Source: the human T2T-CHM13v2.0 reference genome, Homo sapiens. From it: a stretch of DNA of 64,000 nt. The stretch's first letter is position 1. Every line of letters starts with the position of its first letter. Under the pieces are notes generated by a model. The model made no database searches. It was not told the DNA's origin and saw only the letters and a program-made list of their open reading frames with translations. The stretch lies in the NCBI RefSeq assembly GCF_009914755.1, contig NC_060928.1; one strand, given 5' to 3'. Made by a program: the position numbers and the translations under genes. This document shows positions 1 through 15,500 of this stretch, piece by piece.

Positions 1-371
1 ACTTCCCATGACACACACACTCGTGGTATCCATGAGTGCGTGTCAGGAGAGCAGAAGTGTCACATGGACAAGCGAGTGTCAACAAGAGATGTGCCTCCTC
101 TACACATCATGTGGTTAATGTCCAAACTCACTCATCCCACAGTCACGTTTGACTCTCAGTTGATCACTCTTTGTTCATGTTGAGATTCAACAGGAAATAT
201 TGTTTTTACAGGGTCTGGAATTTTAATGAGTCTAAGGATTCCTGATGGTTGTATTGACTTTATTTGTGGGGTTCTCAAAAGGAATCTCACAGTGTAGTCA
301 ACAGCAAGGAGTAAGCATTTTCTTACTTACAAAACCAAAGTTATATGTGTGGTACAAAGATGAGAGACTGG

Positions 372-703
<332 letters not shown>

Positions 704-1775
704 TCACGCCACACTGCTGGGCAGTGGTGCTTAAAGAAAGCGAAAGAACAAACAAATGAAATACCAGCCTCAATGCAAAAATAAGCTGGAATGGAGGAGG
801 TTTTCCATGCTTTTTGAAAGAGGCTGGGTAGAAATTGTAGTCTTGGGGGTTTTGTTGACAGCAAGAATTTCAGCTTTGCCTTAAGTGTTACTCAGAAGGT
901 GAAATGGATTCAGCCAAACGTTACCATATAAACACAAACAGGCACATTTTGAAAACAGTTCCTGGAGTTCCAGGGAGCTCCCCTTTAATTCATCCCTAGC
1001 TCAATGCCGTATAGTTAGTGTTCAACGTCCTTCTAAGAAAAGAACTGAGGCGGTTTATTATTAGTGGTGAAGAACCAATACACAGAAATACAAAGGGTCA
1101 TAGAAAGACAGTAAGCAACATTTCTGCTACAACAAGAGTCCGTAACCATGCTTTACTCCAGCCTCGGGGCTTCTGAAACCTCCCTAAGCTAAGAAACACA
1201 AACACATGTATGTGGGCCCATAATAGATGTAGGTGAGGGCTATAGGTCTCCTCAGCTTCATACCAGGTGGTATGTTACAATGAAAGCAAGTCTCAGACGG
1301 AATTCGGCCATAAAATAAACATTTAGAAGCCAGCAGGCTCAAAAACGTGGTACAACCAGTTCTGTAAACTCAACCAAGTACTGGTGCTTTGTTCTGCTGG
1401 CACACTGACAGGTGCCTTACATAACAGATTCACTTAAGGCAGATGTGACAGTACTCGAACAGCATGATTTAGCTTCATGTCTAGTCAGGGTCAGGCGCAG
1501 GAACCTTTCTATGAGCTGTGGATACAAGTCCTGATTCAAATCCCAAACCAGAGACAGCATTTGGAAGGGCATACATTATCCACTAGGCTTTCTAGGTCAT
1601 AATACCCTGTTTATGCAAGGAGATGCAATCTGATACAGTGCTTCCAGTCAGCCCATAATATTTTGAACAACTCTTACTTCACCAATGAAAATGACTTCTA
1701 AAATCCATTATGCCAGATAGCAAAGCTGTTGGTGTTCATTGAGGATAGAGGAAGTTCTTATAGCTGACTCTCTAG

Positions 1776-2067
<292 letters not shown>

Positions 2068-3314
2068 GAGGAGCCTCTTAATAGTCTTTCAAATTCCAAC
2101 AGACCACCCCTGGAGTGTGTATATTCATTCCTGAATAGGGCTCTTCAATATTAACTCGCTGCTCCTGGTTGTCAATTAAAAACCCAGAGATAAATACCAC
2201 TACCTATGCCAACATTTTTAACCATGAATTGGAACAGTGTAATATTTTTGCTGGGATCTTTGATTGTCTCTTGCCAGAGCCCAGACTGGGGATCCAGGCA
2301 TACACCTGGGCTCAAGACTTAGGAAAGCCCTCTCTCTTTCCTGGCCTTACAGTCTGGAGTCTTGGTCAGAATCTGCCCATCTTCAAACAGTTATGGCTTT
2401 CTCTTCTTACCTGTGCCTTCCATCAACCTTGTGAAGTAGGTGACGGTTACCAGGGTTAGAGTTCAGTTATTTCAAGAGCTTATCAGAGGAATTAAGCAGC
2501 AATTTTTTTATTTTTTTGCTTCAAGCTATCAGTTCCAAGGTCAACATGATATCTTGATACTCTTAAATGCTCTGATATTTTTTGATTTGCTGTGAAAGGC
2601 ACACAATATTAACTCTATTAATGCCAGACAAAATACCGTCATAAATACTACATAGGAAGGGCCCTTGACAAAGACAGTCTCAGTGACCAAACTTTAGAAG
2701 GCCCCTCTCAGCCCTCTTTTTAACAGGACTCATCCCTGGACCCAGGCTTCAGCCTGCCTAGTCCAGTTTTAGCAGGGATCCTGCTAAGCCAATTTAGTGA
2801 GAGTCCCTCAACCTTGACCTCTGACCACACTGGTCTGCCTTCAGCAAGAATCCTGTTAAAGTCAGTTTAGCAAGAATTCCCCTCCCCTTGATATTTTTCT
2901 TGGTAATTACTTCTCTTAATAATTTTCTACCCATCAACCTCCCCAGCCCCCATCTGATACTGACATGGCCTAAAAAACTTGAATATCATACTGCTGGACT
3001 GAGTGAGGGTTTTCGAAACTCTAGTTGAGTTCATGAAACTGCTAACCCATGATCAAGCAAAACAAGAATTAATTACATAGGACTGAATCAACTAAAGAAG
3101 GAGTATAATTTTTATGGCTTTTTGTTTGGAACATTGCTTGTTCTTAATGTTCTATTTTCTGGACATAAGGAACCCCTTTTCTTTTTCTCTTAAGTTAGCT
3201 ATAATATGTAACAATTTAGTAGATACATTTCTATAACAAAAATGGAACATTTATCTTTTTTCCTAATCCTTCCATAATTCAGAAACTATTACTGAGTATT
3301 TTTATGTTCATGGT

Positions 3315-4042
<728 letters not shown>

Positions 4043-4166
4043 ATGGTGATATACTATTTTATATGGGTTCGATAAGAATCTGTCCTTTTTGTAACAGAAC
4101 ATAATTTTAAAAATTGATTAGATAATCAAGGCTTTGACCAAAATGTTTTATTTGAGAATAAGACAT

Positions 4167-4265
4167 GGGGGTCCATTCCAAGATGGCCGAATAGGAACAG
4201 CTCCGGTCTGCAGCTCCCAGCCTGATCGACGCAGAAGACAGGTGATTTCTGCATTTCCAACTGAG
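4167..4265 (+). mobile_element. L1PA (about PA5-PA7) extreme 5'UTR fragment, 99 nt, no poly(A)
   Basis: GGGGG..CCAAGATGGCCGAATAGGAACAGCTCCGGTCTGCAGCTCCCAGC...GCATTTCCAACTGAG, flanked by TGAGAATAAGACAT at 4153-4166 and 4262-4275. Confidence 0.92.
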
Positions 4266-5706
4266 AATAAGACATAAAATCACATATGAACAGACAGTTT
4301 TGAGGAACTAAGGTTAACTTTATGGAGCCAATGCATATGAAGCCCTCCCGGAAAGTCTGCCTGGTACCTGGATTATGGAGTTCCCAGCCTTACAGGTGAG
4401 TCAGGAAGGTGACTTTCTGGCAGGCCAAAGAAACTCAGGATGTTTTTAGGACCTCAAGAAGAGAAGAACCCATCTGAATCTCTAGGCATTGCAGATAAGG
4501 CCTGGTGGTGCTTGACTTGGCTTTATAGCTTCAAGAACTCTTGAAAGCATAATCTGAGATTACTTGTAAAAAGTTCCAGCAATGCAAACTTAAATAAGCC
4601 TACCTGGTCAGTTGCCATTCTTGCTGCAATTATGCAAATAAGTAAGTCAAATATAATGAGACAAGACTTATTTTGTAAACAAGAATAATCTTACTTTGGT
4701 TAATTTGGATCAAAAAAGGGGGATGACTGTAGAAAGATATTTTATAAAAACTATAGCACCTTCTTATGGGTTATTATTCTGGTCCTGTACTTGTCTTTCA
4801 GGTTTTGTTATCTACTTGTAAATTGAACGGGATCCTGTCATCATGCACAGCTTGTCAGTCCTTACCAAATTCTCAGTTCTTCTAGTTCCCTTTACTATCT
4901 GGCTACCACTCTCCAAACTGAGGTTTTTAATTTTTCTCCCACTGTCCTGATTTGGCATCACTGAGAACTAAAACCTAACTTCCCAGATCTTTATTGTGAC
5001 TGTCTAAAGAAGCCCTTCAAGATGAAGTTGGACACTTCTACACTCTGCTCGGAAAAATAACCATGACTGTGACACTGATGTCTATGCCATCACCAAGGAC
5101 ATTCAAACTGCAAACCAGAAAATCCATGATCTGGGATGGCCACTGCAGTCCTCACCCCATCATCTAAAGATGCCTTGACATCTAGAAATCTTCTCAACTG
5201 GCTGCCCTGCTACCAAGTTTCAGCAGGGGGCTCAGCTTGTCCTTAATGAAAAAAAGGCCACCAAATGAGAAATTGACTTATATTGTTCAAAGGAAAGAAG
5301 AATGTCTCTTTTTCCCTTGAACAAGAGGAGGGACCAAGAAAGACCCTCCCCTTGACCAAATTTTAGATGAGCTCCTCTGAGGCCTCTTTTCAACAAGCTT
5401 TGTCCTTGCATCCTGTCTTCAGCCTGCCTAGTCCAATTGTAACAAGAGTCCTGCTAAGTCAGTTTAGGGAAAATCCTCCCACCTTTGATTTCTCCTCTTA
5501 GTAATTTTCCATCCACTGACTCTTCTCCTCCCATTCTGCTCACTGGCTAAAAACCTCCAGTGGTTTTTGCTGTATTCAGAGTTGAGCTCAACCATTTCCT
5601 GTCTCCTATTGCACAGTCTTGATACCTATTGCAATAATCTTGAATAAATCTTTCTTACTGCCTTAATAAGTGTAAGAAAATCTTTTTCTTTAATACCATT
5701 CTACCC

Positions 5707-6065
5707 TGATATGGTTTGGCTCTGTGTCCCCACCCAAATCTCATCTTGTAGCTCCCATAATTCCCACATGTTGTTGGAGGGACCCAGTGGGAGATGGTTG
5801 AATCATGGGGGCACGTCTTTCCCGTGCTGTTTCTTGTGCTGTTCTCGTGGGTCTCAGGAGATCTGATGGTTTTAAAATGTGAGTTTCTCTGCACAAACTC
5901 TTTGCCTACTGCCATCCACGTAAGATGTGACCTGCTCCTTCTTGCCTTCCGCCATGATTGTGAGGCCTCCCCAGCCATAAGGAACTATAAGTCTATTAAA
6001 CCTCTTTCTTTTGTAAATTGCTCAGCCTCAGCTATGTCTTTATCAGGAGCATAAAAACTAATACA
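5707..6065 (+). mobile_element. THE1B-like MaLR solo LTR
   Basis: TGATATGGTTTGGCTCTGTGTCCCCACCCAAATCTC...CTAATACA. Confidence 0.88.
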
Positions 6066-7782
6066 TATGCTCATTCAAGATGGATTGGATTTACCCTCCT
6101 CCCTGAAAAAAAAAAAAAAGCAAAATATATTAAATAGCAATTTTAAGGTACTGGACACCAGGCAATTAAGGATAATGATACTTTGATACTTAAGAGATGA
6201 GACATAAATAATGTCATCCATACAGTGGCCAAAATTTACTACTGTGAAAGAGTTTTGAGGCTAAGATATAGGGAGAGGGAACCCTGGTGGAGCCCCAAGG
6301 CCTCCCTGAGTTGGGGAGACAGAGTTGAAGGTTGGAAAAACCACAGCAGTGAGAACTCACAAGCAGGTTCCCAGAGAGGAGAGATTTGTGCACACAGAGT
6401 TCTAGGGTTTTGCAGAGGGACCTCCTTAAGTATTCTTCTGAGTATTGATTTGTGCATGCATGACAGAAAATTACCCAAGGCCAAAAGAACCACCTGAGTG
6501 GATTAGAAGAAACAATGTCTGATACTCGGACACAGCTAGAAATAGTACCTATTCTTACCAGCCACATTTAAGACCATGATTCATGAAGCAATAAATAGAG
6601 TACACAGAAGGGTCTTAACTTAGTAGTGGGGAATAATTATGCCTAAACTGAGCACTGCTGTAGTACCACCTAAAAAATCTTAAAAGCAAGACTTTAAGTA
6701 TTCAAGTGTTGCCAAGTATCTTAACTGTATTGCAGAACAAAGCTGAAGAACACTTATAAGATTGCAAAGAACCCAAGACCCAACAAGATAAAATTATAGT
6801 GGCTGGCATCAAATAAAAAATTACTCATCATGAAAAGAAGGAGGTAAACACTAGCCATAATGAAGAGAATAATCAATAAACTGAAATCAAACCAGAACTG
6901 ACACAGACAGTAGAATAAACAGAAAAGGACATTAAAACAGTTACTATAGCTGTATTCTATATGTTTAAAAGGTCAAATAGAGACATGGAAGATTTAGAAA
7001 AGACTCAAATCATCTACAGATGGAAAGTTCAATATTGAGATGAAAAAAACACTATAGGATTAGTAGCAGATTAGCTATTGAAGAAGGGGAAAAAAGTGAA
7101 ATTGAAATCATAGCAAAAGACGCTACCTAAAAGGAAACTCAGAGGGAAAAAATTCTTTTAATGAACAGAGCGTCAGTGAGCTATGTAGACTAGCCAATGG
7201 AATTCACATGAAAAAGCTACTAGAACTATTAGCAAAGTTATAGGCAAAATCAATTGCATTTCTATATATTAGCAATAACCCATTGGCAATTGAAACGGAA
7301 AGAAATAATACCTTTTACAATTAGGTCAAAAATATTAAATACTTAAGAATTAATCTGACAAAACTCTGAAAGATCTATATACTGAAAACCATACAACATC
7401 GTTGAGAAAAATTAAAGAAGACCTAAACAAATAAAGAAATATACTTTGTTCATGGGAGGAAGACTCAATATTGTTAAGATGTCAGTTCTCCCCAAAATGG
7501 TCTATAAATCCAGTGCAATCCCAATCAAAATCTCAGTAGGCTTTTTTTTTTTTTTTTGGAGAAATTGATAAGCTGATTCTAATACTTTTATGGAAATGCA
7601 AGGACCTAAAATAGCCAAAACAGTTTTCAAAAAGAAGAACAAAGTTGGAGGCCTAATATGACATTATTTCAAAGCTTATTATAAAGGAACAGTAATCAAA
7701 CTAGTGCAATTTTGGCATAAAGTTAGAAAAACAGATCAATGAAGCAGAAGAGAGAGTCCAGAAACAGAACTGCACATTTATG

Positions 7783-8240
7783 TGTTGGTGAATGCCAGGG
7801 ATTCAGCTTAGGTCTGATTGCTCACCACACAGAAAGCCAATCACTGAGACAACAAGTACTGCCAGGAAGAAAGGCTTTATTGCTGGTGATGCCAGCCAGG
7901 ATATGGGAGACAAGTCTAAAATCTGTCTCTGTAACCAATAAAGTTAGGAGTTTATGTAGGAGTTGCTCAACAGGCAGTAGGTAGTTGAATCAGGGTTCTG
8001 GCACCTTGCTGTTAGGATGCAGCGATCTGGAAATCTTCAGCTTTCTGATACTATCTGGGAGGCCTGACAGCTGGTTTCCTGAGAAATAAACTCAGATAAG
8101 ACAAATGTAAGTTTCTCAAGCTTTAAAACCTGGAGAGTCCACTTCAATGTTCATTAAAAACAAAAACAAAAACAAAAAACAACAACAAAACTGTAAACAG
8201 TTTTTCCCATCAGTTCTATGGGAAAATTGGGTCAGTTTCA
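7783..8240 (-). mobile_element. ERV1 (MER4-group) solo LTR, subfamily uncertain
   Basis: TG...CA bounded insert in the L1 with CACAGAAAGCCAATCACTGAGACAAC; minus-strand AATAAA. Confidence 0.6.
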
Positions 8241-8802
8241 TTGGCATGACCAACTTTTTACAAAGATGCAAAAGCAAGTCAGTGGAGAAAAGACAGTGAT
8301 TTCTATCATATCATCACAACAGTGAGGTTGGCACAAGTGGTAATCTATATGCAAAAATTAAAAACCTCAGTCCTTACCTTGCACAATGTATATAAACTAA
8401 CTCAAAATGGATCATATACCTAAATGCAAAACCTAAAACTAAAACTTCTAAAAGAAAACTCTTGTGACCTTGGGTTAAGTATCTTAAATACTATGCTAAA
8501 AGCATGATTTATTAAAATCATAAATTGATACATCTGACTTCATCAAAATTTAAAACACCTGCTCTTCAAAAGACATTGTTAAGAGAGAAAAGTCACAGAC
8601 TAGAAGAAAATATTTGCAAACCATATCTCTGATAAAGGGCTTGTGTCCAGAACATATAACACACTCTCAAAATTCAATAATAAGAAAACAAACCCAATTT
8701 TTAGATAGACAAAATATTCTAACAGACACTCTACCAAAGAAGATATACAAGTTGCAAATAATTACATGAAAATATGCTCGATAATATTTGTTATTATGGT
8801 AC

Positions 8803-9782
8803 TGTTACCAGAAAGGGCAGAAAGGGGTCCTGATGCAGACCCCAAGAGAAGGTTCTTGGACCTTGCACAAGAAAGAATTTAGGGCGAGTCCATAAAGTAA
8901 GCTGAAACCAAGTTTATTAAGATAGCAAAGGAGTAGGCCAGGCTCAGTGGTTGAAGCCTGTAATCCCAGCACATTGGGAGGCCAAAGCAGGCAGATCACT
9001 TAAGGTCAGGAGTTCAAGAACAGCCTGGCCAATATGGCGAAACCTCATTTCTACTAAAACTACAAAAATTAGCCAGGCATGGTGGTGCACACCTGTAGTC
9101 CCAGCTACTCGGAAGGCTGAGGCAGGAGAATCGTTTGAACCTGGGAAGCGGAGGTTTCAGTGAGCCAAGATCGCGCCATTGCAGTCCAAACTAGGTGTCA
9201 CAGTGAGACTCTGTCTCAAAACAAACAAAAAAACAAAACAAAAAACAAAAAACAAAGAAAGTGAAGGAATAAAGGAATGGCTGCTCCATAGACAGAGCAG
9301 CAGCATGGGCCGCTCAGCTGCTTATACTTATTGTTACTTCTTGATTTTATGCTAAACAAGGGGTGACTTATTCATGAGTTTTCTAGGAAAGAGGTGGGCA
9401 ATTCCTGGAACTGAGGGTTCCTCCCCTTTTCAGGCCATATAGGGTAACTTCCTGATGTTGCCATGGCACTGGTAAACTGTTATGGCACTGGTGGGAGTGT
9501 CTTTTAGCATGCTAATGCATTATAATTAGCATATAATGAGCAGTAAGGACAACCAGAGGTCACTTTCATCACTATCTTAGTTTTGGTGGGTTTTGGCCAG
9601 CTTCTTTACTGCATCCAGTTTTATCAGCAAGGTCTTTGTGACCTGTAACTTGTGCCAACTTCCTATCTCATCTTGTGACTAAGAATGCCTAACCTCCTGG
9701 GAATGCAGCCCAGAAGGTCTCAGCTTTATTTTATCTAGCCTCTGCTCAAGATGGAGTCACTCTGGTTCCAATGCCTCTGACA
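8803..9782 (-). mobile_element. MER41B solo LTR, interrupted by an Alu
   Basis: TGTTACCAGAAAGGG..GACCCCAAGAGA.GGTTCTTGGA and ...GATGGAGTCACTCTGGTT...CCTCTGACA. Retains the tandem-GAS segment typical of MER41B. Confidence 0.88.
8936..9257 (+). mobile_element. AluS inserted in MER41B
   Basis: Dimeric Alu with CAAAA-type tail. Confidence 0.93.
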
Positions 9783-9821
9783 GTAATGTGAGTTAAAACC
9801 ACAATGGGATACCATTACATG

Positions 9822-10135
9822 TTTTTGTGTGTTTTTTTTTTTCATTTTTGTTTTGTTTTTTTAGATAGAGTCTCGCTCTGTCACCTAGGCTGGAGTGCAG
9901 TGTCGCAATCTCAGCTCACTGCAAGCTCTGCCTCCTGGGTTCAGGCCATTCTCCTGCCTCAGCCGCCTGAGTACCTGGGACTACAGGCATCCACCACCAT
10001 GCCCGGCTAATTTTTTGTATTTTTAGTATTATTCACCATGTTAGCCAGGATGGTCTCGATCTCCTGACCTCGTGATCTGCCCGCCTCGGCCTCCCAAAGT
10101 GCTGGGATTACAGGTGTGAGCCACTGTGCCCGGCC
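9822..10135 (-). mobile_element. AluY-like
   Basis: GCAAGCTC..GCCATTCTCC and AGGATGGTCTCGATCTCCTGACCTCGTG diagnostics; TSD CCATTACATG. Confidence 0.92.
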
Positions 10136-10550
10136 CCATTACATGCTTTTAGAATGGTCAAAATTAAAAAGACTGAACACATCAAGTTTTGACAAGAATG
10201 TGAAGGAATTGACACTCTCATATATGGCTGGCAAAAAGGTAAAATAATACAACCATTTTGTAAAATAGTTTGGTAGTTTCTTCAAAATTTAGGTATATAC
10301 TTATTTTATGACCCTAGATATTTACCTAAGAGAAATGGAAACTTATATCCACACAAAGACTTGTAGATAAATGTTCACAGAAGCTTTGTTTTATTAACCC
10401 AAAACAGAAAACAACCCTAATGTCTTTCAGTGGTTGAATGGATAAACAAACTATGGTATATACATACGATGGAATACCACTTGGCAATATAAAGAAATAA
10501 ATTATTGATCCACAGGAAAACATGGCTGAATCTCAACATAATTATGCTAA

Positions 10551-10895
<345 letters not shown>

Positions 10896-11629
10896 TAATG
10901 TATGTTTTCAGTTATTTAAAATTCTAGGAAATGCAAACGAATTGATAGCGGCAGAAATCAGATCAGGGATTGCCTGGGAAAAGGAGAGATGTGGGCAGGA
11001 GAGAGGGAGGAATTACCAAGGGGCACAAGGAAACTTTTGTGTGTGATAGCTATGCTCATTTTCTTAATTGTGGTGATGGTTTCGTAGGTGTATATAATAT
11101 AACCAAACTTGTCAAATCGTACACTTGAAATACATGCACTTAAATATTGTATTTTTATTGTTATGTCAATTATATTTCAGTAACTCTCAAAATACTCACC
11201 ACTTTGTGCTCAGCACACTAATTCTCCAGTTTGAAAAGTCCCTTGTATGGTTACCAACCTGCCAACCTGGTTATTGGATGAGAAACCCAGTATTCCAGCT
11301 CACAGCTTGATTATTGCCTCTTCTAAGTGCCTGTTACAAAAGGTCAGGCATCTTCAAGATGCTAAAATGAGTGAGGAAACTAGACTGGAAGGGATTAGGG
11401 AGGGAGGCAACAAGGACCTATGGAAAGGGAGTGGGCCAGAGGTGGGTTAAAGATGAAGTGCTGCTACTTACCGCTGTGTGATCCGAGCAAGCTTCTTAAC
11501 CCCTCAAAATCTATCACATAGGGGCATTTGGTCATAAGCATCAGAAACTGATTTGAGCTAATTTGAACCACAAAAGAACTTATAAAAGAAATGAGAGTAT
11601 TCATGAGACAAAAGTTGAATGAATGCTAT

Positions 11630-12123
11630 ATATTGCTGCATAACAGACTTAGTGGCTTAAGACAATGATTTTTTATCTCTCATAATTCTGTGGGTTAGCT
11701 GGGCAGCTTCCCTCTCTAGTTTTGCCTGGCCTGCTCATGCATTGCATTCAGGGAAAGCAGCTGGGCTAGAAGGTCAAAGACGGTCACACTCACATCTCTG
11801 GAAGGTGGTACTGCGCTGCTGTCTGTGGCGTCTTCTTTCTTCTTCATGTGGCGTCTCATCCTCCAATGCAGGTGAGATCTGCTGCTTTCAGGGCCTTTAA
11901 AGGACAATGTTCCAAGTGGGTGAAGGCAGAATTTGCCAGACCCCTTGAGTCTGGCCTCTGGAACTCACATACCTCTTCTGGCTCATTTTGTAAGCCAGAG
12001 TAATTCACAAGACCATCTTAAATTCTGGGGAGTGAAGAAATAGACTGTGACACCGGGTAGGAAGGATGGCTTAGTCACATGGCAAAAGGTATGCATGCTA
12101 AAAAGAGAGGGGTGCGTAGCCAC
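11630..12123 (-). mobile_element. Old MaLR LTR (MLT1-type)
   Basis: ATTGCTGCATAAC..CTTAGTGGCTTAA..TCTCATAATTCTGTGGGT signature. Confidence 0.6.
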
Positions 12124-12891
<768 letters not shown>

Positions 12892-13220
12892 TATTATAAC
12901 TGATAATTAAATGAAATAATGTATTTGAAATGCCCAATATATAAAAGACACTTATTGAACGGGTACCTACTATTAATGTCATTATGGTTATGAACAGAGA
13001 TCTCTCAAAAGAAAGTCTCTTGCTCAAGAATACTTGTCATGGTGACCTCTTTGGTGGAGGCTGCAGGGTATGTGACAAGGAACTGAGTTTTGTTGTCAAA
13101 CTTTTGGGAGAAAGACTCGCTTACTCTTTCCTTTTGTAAGCCCACAAATGCAGCTGGGGTAAGGAATTAAAATGAGATTGTATTTGATTTGCCTTAAAAT
13201 TCGCGTTTACCTTATAAACG

Positions 13221-13940
13221 TGTATACTGGACAGTGTCCAGTCAGCAGAACGGAAACTACCCTAGGAATTTCAAGTAGAAGAAAGTTAACCTAGGAAATG
13301 GGCTGCAAATGTGTTGAAGAGCTGGAGGAGAATAAAAGGGGAGAGCTGAGATCATTCAGAGACCAGTAACTGCAGGAAGCTACTACTACCGTCCTAAGGC
13401 TGGCTGAACAAAAGGAAATATGGTGTGATCCACAAAGAGTCGGTGATTGCTCGGTGGCTGAAGCTGCTGTGATACTTGCTGCTCCACGGCCGTTATTGGA
13501 AATCTTTCAGGAAGCCGAGAAATTAAACTCCCACCAAGGGCTGCCTGTCACGGACACTGATGCTGCCAGATCCAGAGCCCAGGAACGCCCTGCTGCAGAG
13601 GCTGCGAGAGCACTCCCTGCCCCCACTGCTGTTGAAACTCCACCTGAGCAGAAACTCAGTCACCTACTGCCGCTGCTACTGCTATTGCCGCAGCTGCTGC
13701 CACTGCTGCTACTGCTGCCACTGCCAGAGACTTCAACAGAAGGAGAAATAAAATCAGCTTCTTTCTCCCTTCTACCCTCCTTCCAAGCTCCCACCAGTGT
13801 CTCCCATTGGCAGAGGCTACTGGGAAGCAAGCTGGCTGGGGATTCTGGGAAATGTAGTTTGCAGGCTTCCAGCTCCTACAGAGAAGGGCAGGGAGAGTGG
13901 GGTGGCATTGAGAGCCGACAGGCAAACAGGCAGTACCATG
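13221..13940. mobile_element. Ancient LTR (LTR78/79/33-like) with imperfect (CTG)n tract 13663-13725
   Basis: GTCCAGTCAG..GAAACTACCCTAGG start and CTCCCATTGG...CTGGGAAATGTAGTTTGCAGG block; CTG/CCA-rich core. Confidence 0.5.
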
Positions 13941-15309
13941 TGAAACACAGACGTTTCGCAGAGCGCCGCTGCGTGTGTGCCTCTCTAGATGCTTTCCGTT
14001 TGGGTCTCGTTGAAGCAAAGTGAATGTATGTTGAATGTTTCAAAATTCTTAATGGAATACTGTCACACCACATTTAACCATCTGGCAATCAAATCCCTAT
14101 TCCTTCTGGCCATTTACTCCTTTCCTCCTTAGGTTTGGCATTGGATGTGTAAATTCTGGAAAAAAAAAAAAAAACCTTTGCGTTTCACACTCCACTTTGC
14201 AGAACACCAGTGGAGTCTTTCCGGTCTCCTGCCTCTTATCCTCTTGAAAGTGCTTCATTAAATACCCAAGGGGCTGGATATATTGCATGGGACATCTTAC
14301 GCAAAGGGATACATAGATTCCTTGTATTCCCTTAAGTAATCTCAAAAGATGCTCCTGGTTTTTCTTCAAAATTGTCTACGATTTTTTATTTTATCTATGA
14401 TTACACACCTAGTCTGCTACATCTGTGATAATGCAAAAGGCTATTCTATTAAACTAGCAATGGCTGTCCCTTATGAAATGAGGTCACTTCCTCTTTAGAC
14501 CTGAGCACTGAGAACATTAGATTATTCTTCGATTTTCTCTTAGGTTTATTGAGCCTGATTGTTCCTTCATGGGCTGAAATCATGCTGCTCTCTCCAAGAA
14601 CAGCCCTGAGGAGGGGGCGAGTGGGAGGCTGTGATAGCTCAGAACCACTCCAACAAATAAATCAAAATCCAAAATAGAGCTGCTGTGAATTGGAAATCCT
14701 TCAGTATTTCGGATTTCCAACTCAGAGCATGGTCAGAGCTCAGGAGGAAACTTTGTTCCTACCCCAGAATTGGATCCTCAGGTAAAATCAAGTGACAGAA
14801 CAGCGAGGGTAGTCATAAAGACAGAAAGTGAAGGGAGGCTTGTTTTGCCAGGGACAGTCCCACAGCCTTGCCATGGAGCCTCGTGTCTGCCTCCGCACCT
14901 GGCTGAGTCGCCCAGTGCCTGGTAGGCCCCTCCTATGGCAGTGACAGTTGCATGAGGCAGAGGTAGGGGCAGATGCAGGGGTGGCCAGTGGTCCAGTACA
15001 GGGTTCAAGGGATGCAGCTGCCTGTGAGGCCATCACAGGGATGAGGGATGGCATATTTCAAAGAAGTTTAAAGACAGAAACCAACAGGTATCAAGTTCCT
15101 ATGATGGGACAGGCATGCTCTATCACTTTTCATTTTAATCCTGACAGTAACCTTATGACATTATCTCCTTTTTAGAAACAGGAAAACAGATGATCTTGCA
15201 TCTGGCAAGCCACCTAGCCAGGACGCAATGCCCTGTCTCTGACACCCACATGCCCCTGAGGCGAATCCCGGCACTAGCTCCTCCTAGGACAAGCAGGAGG
15301 GACAAATAA

Positions 15310-15500
15310 CCTTCACTGATCAGCTGTCATGCGCCAGGCATTGTGCTATGTGTCTGACATATGTTACCTACTTTAGACCTCCCCAGCACCCTGAATCATA
15401 GGTCCTGGTGTTCCCATTTTACAGGGTAGGAACATAAAGTCGAATGTTATAAATGTGTACAGGCAGGGGATTTGAACCCGGGCTTACTTATTCCAAAGCC
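15310..15500 (-). mobile_element. MIR
   Basis: CCAGGCATTGTGCT..CCCATTTTACAG..GGATTTGAACCC. Confidence 0.65.

Noticed and set aside
13846-13859. ZNF143-like ACTACATTTCCCAG motif as a promoter mark
   Set aside because: Appears to be part of the LTR consensus, with no CpG island around it.
13454-14023. 189-aa ORF with Leu/Pro-rich stretch (and antisense Ala-rich ORF)
   Set aside because: GTG start, lies in an old LTR, openness explained by a CTG-rich repeat, and no recognisable domain.
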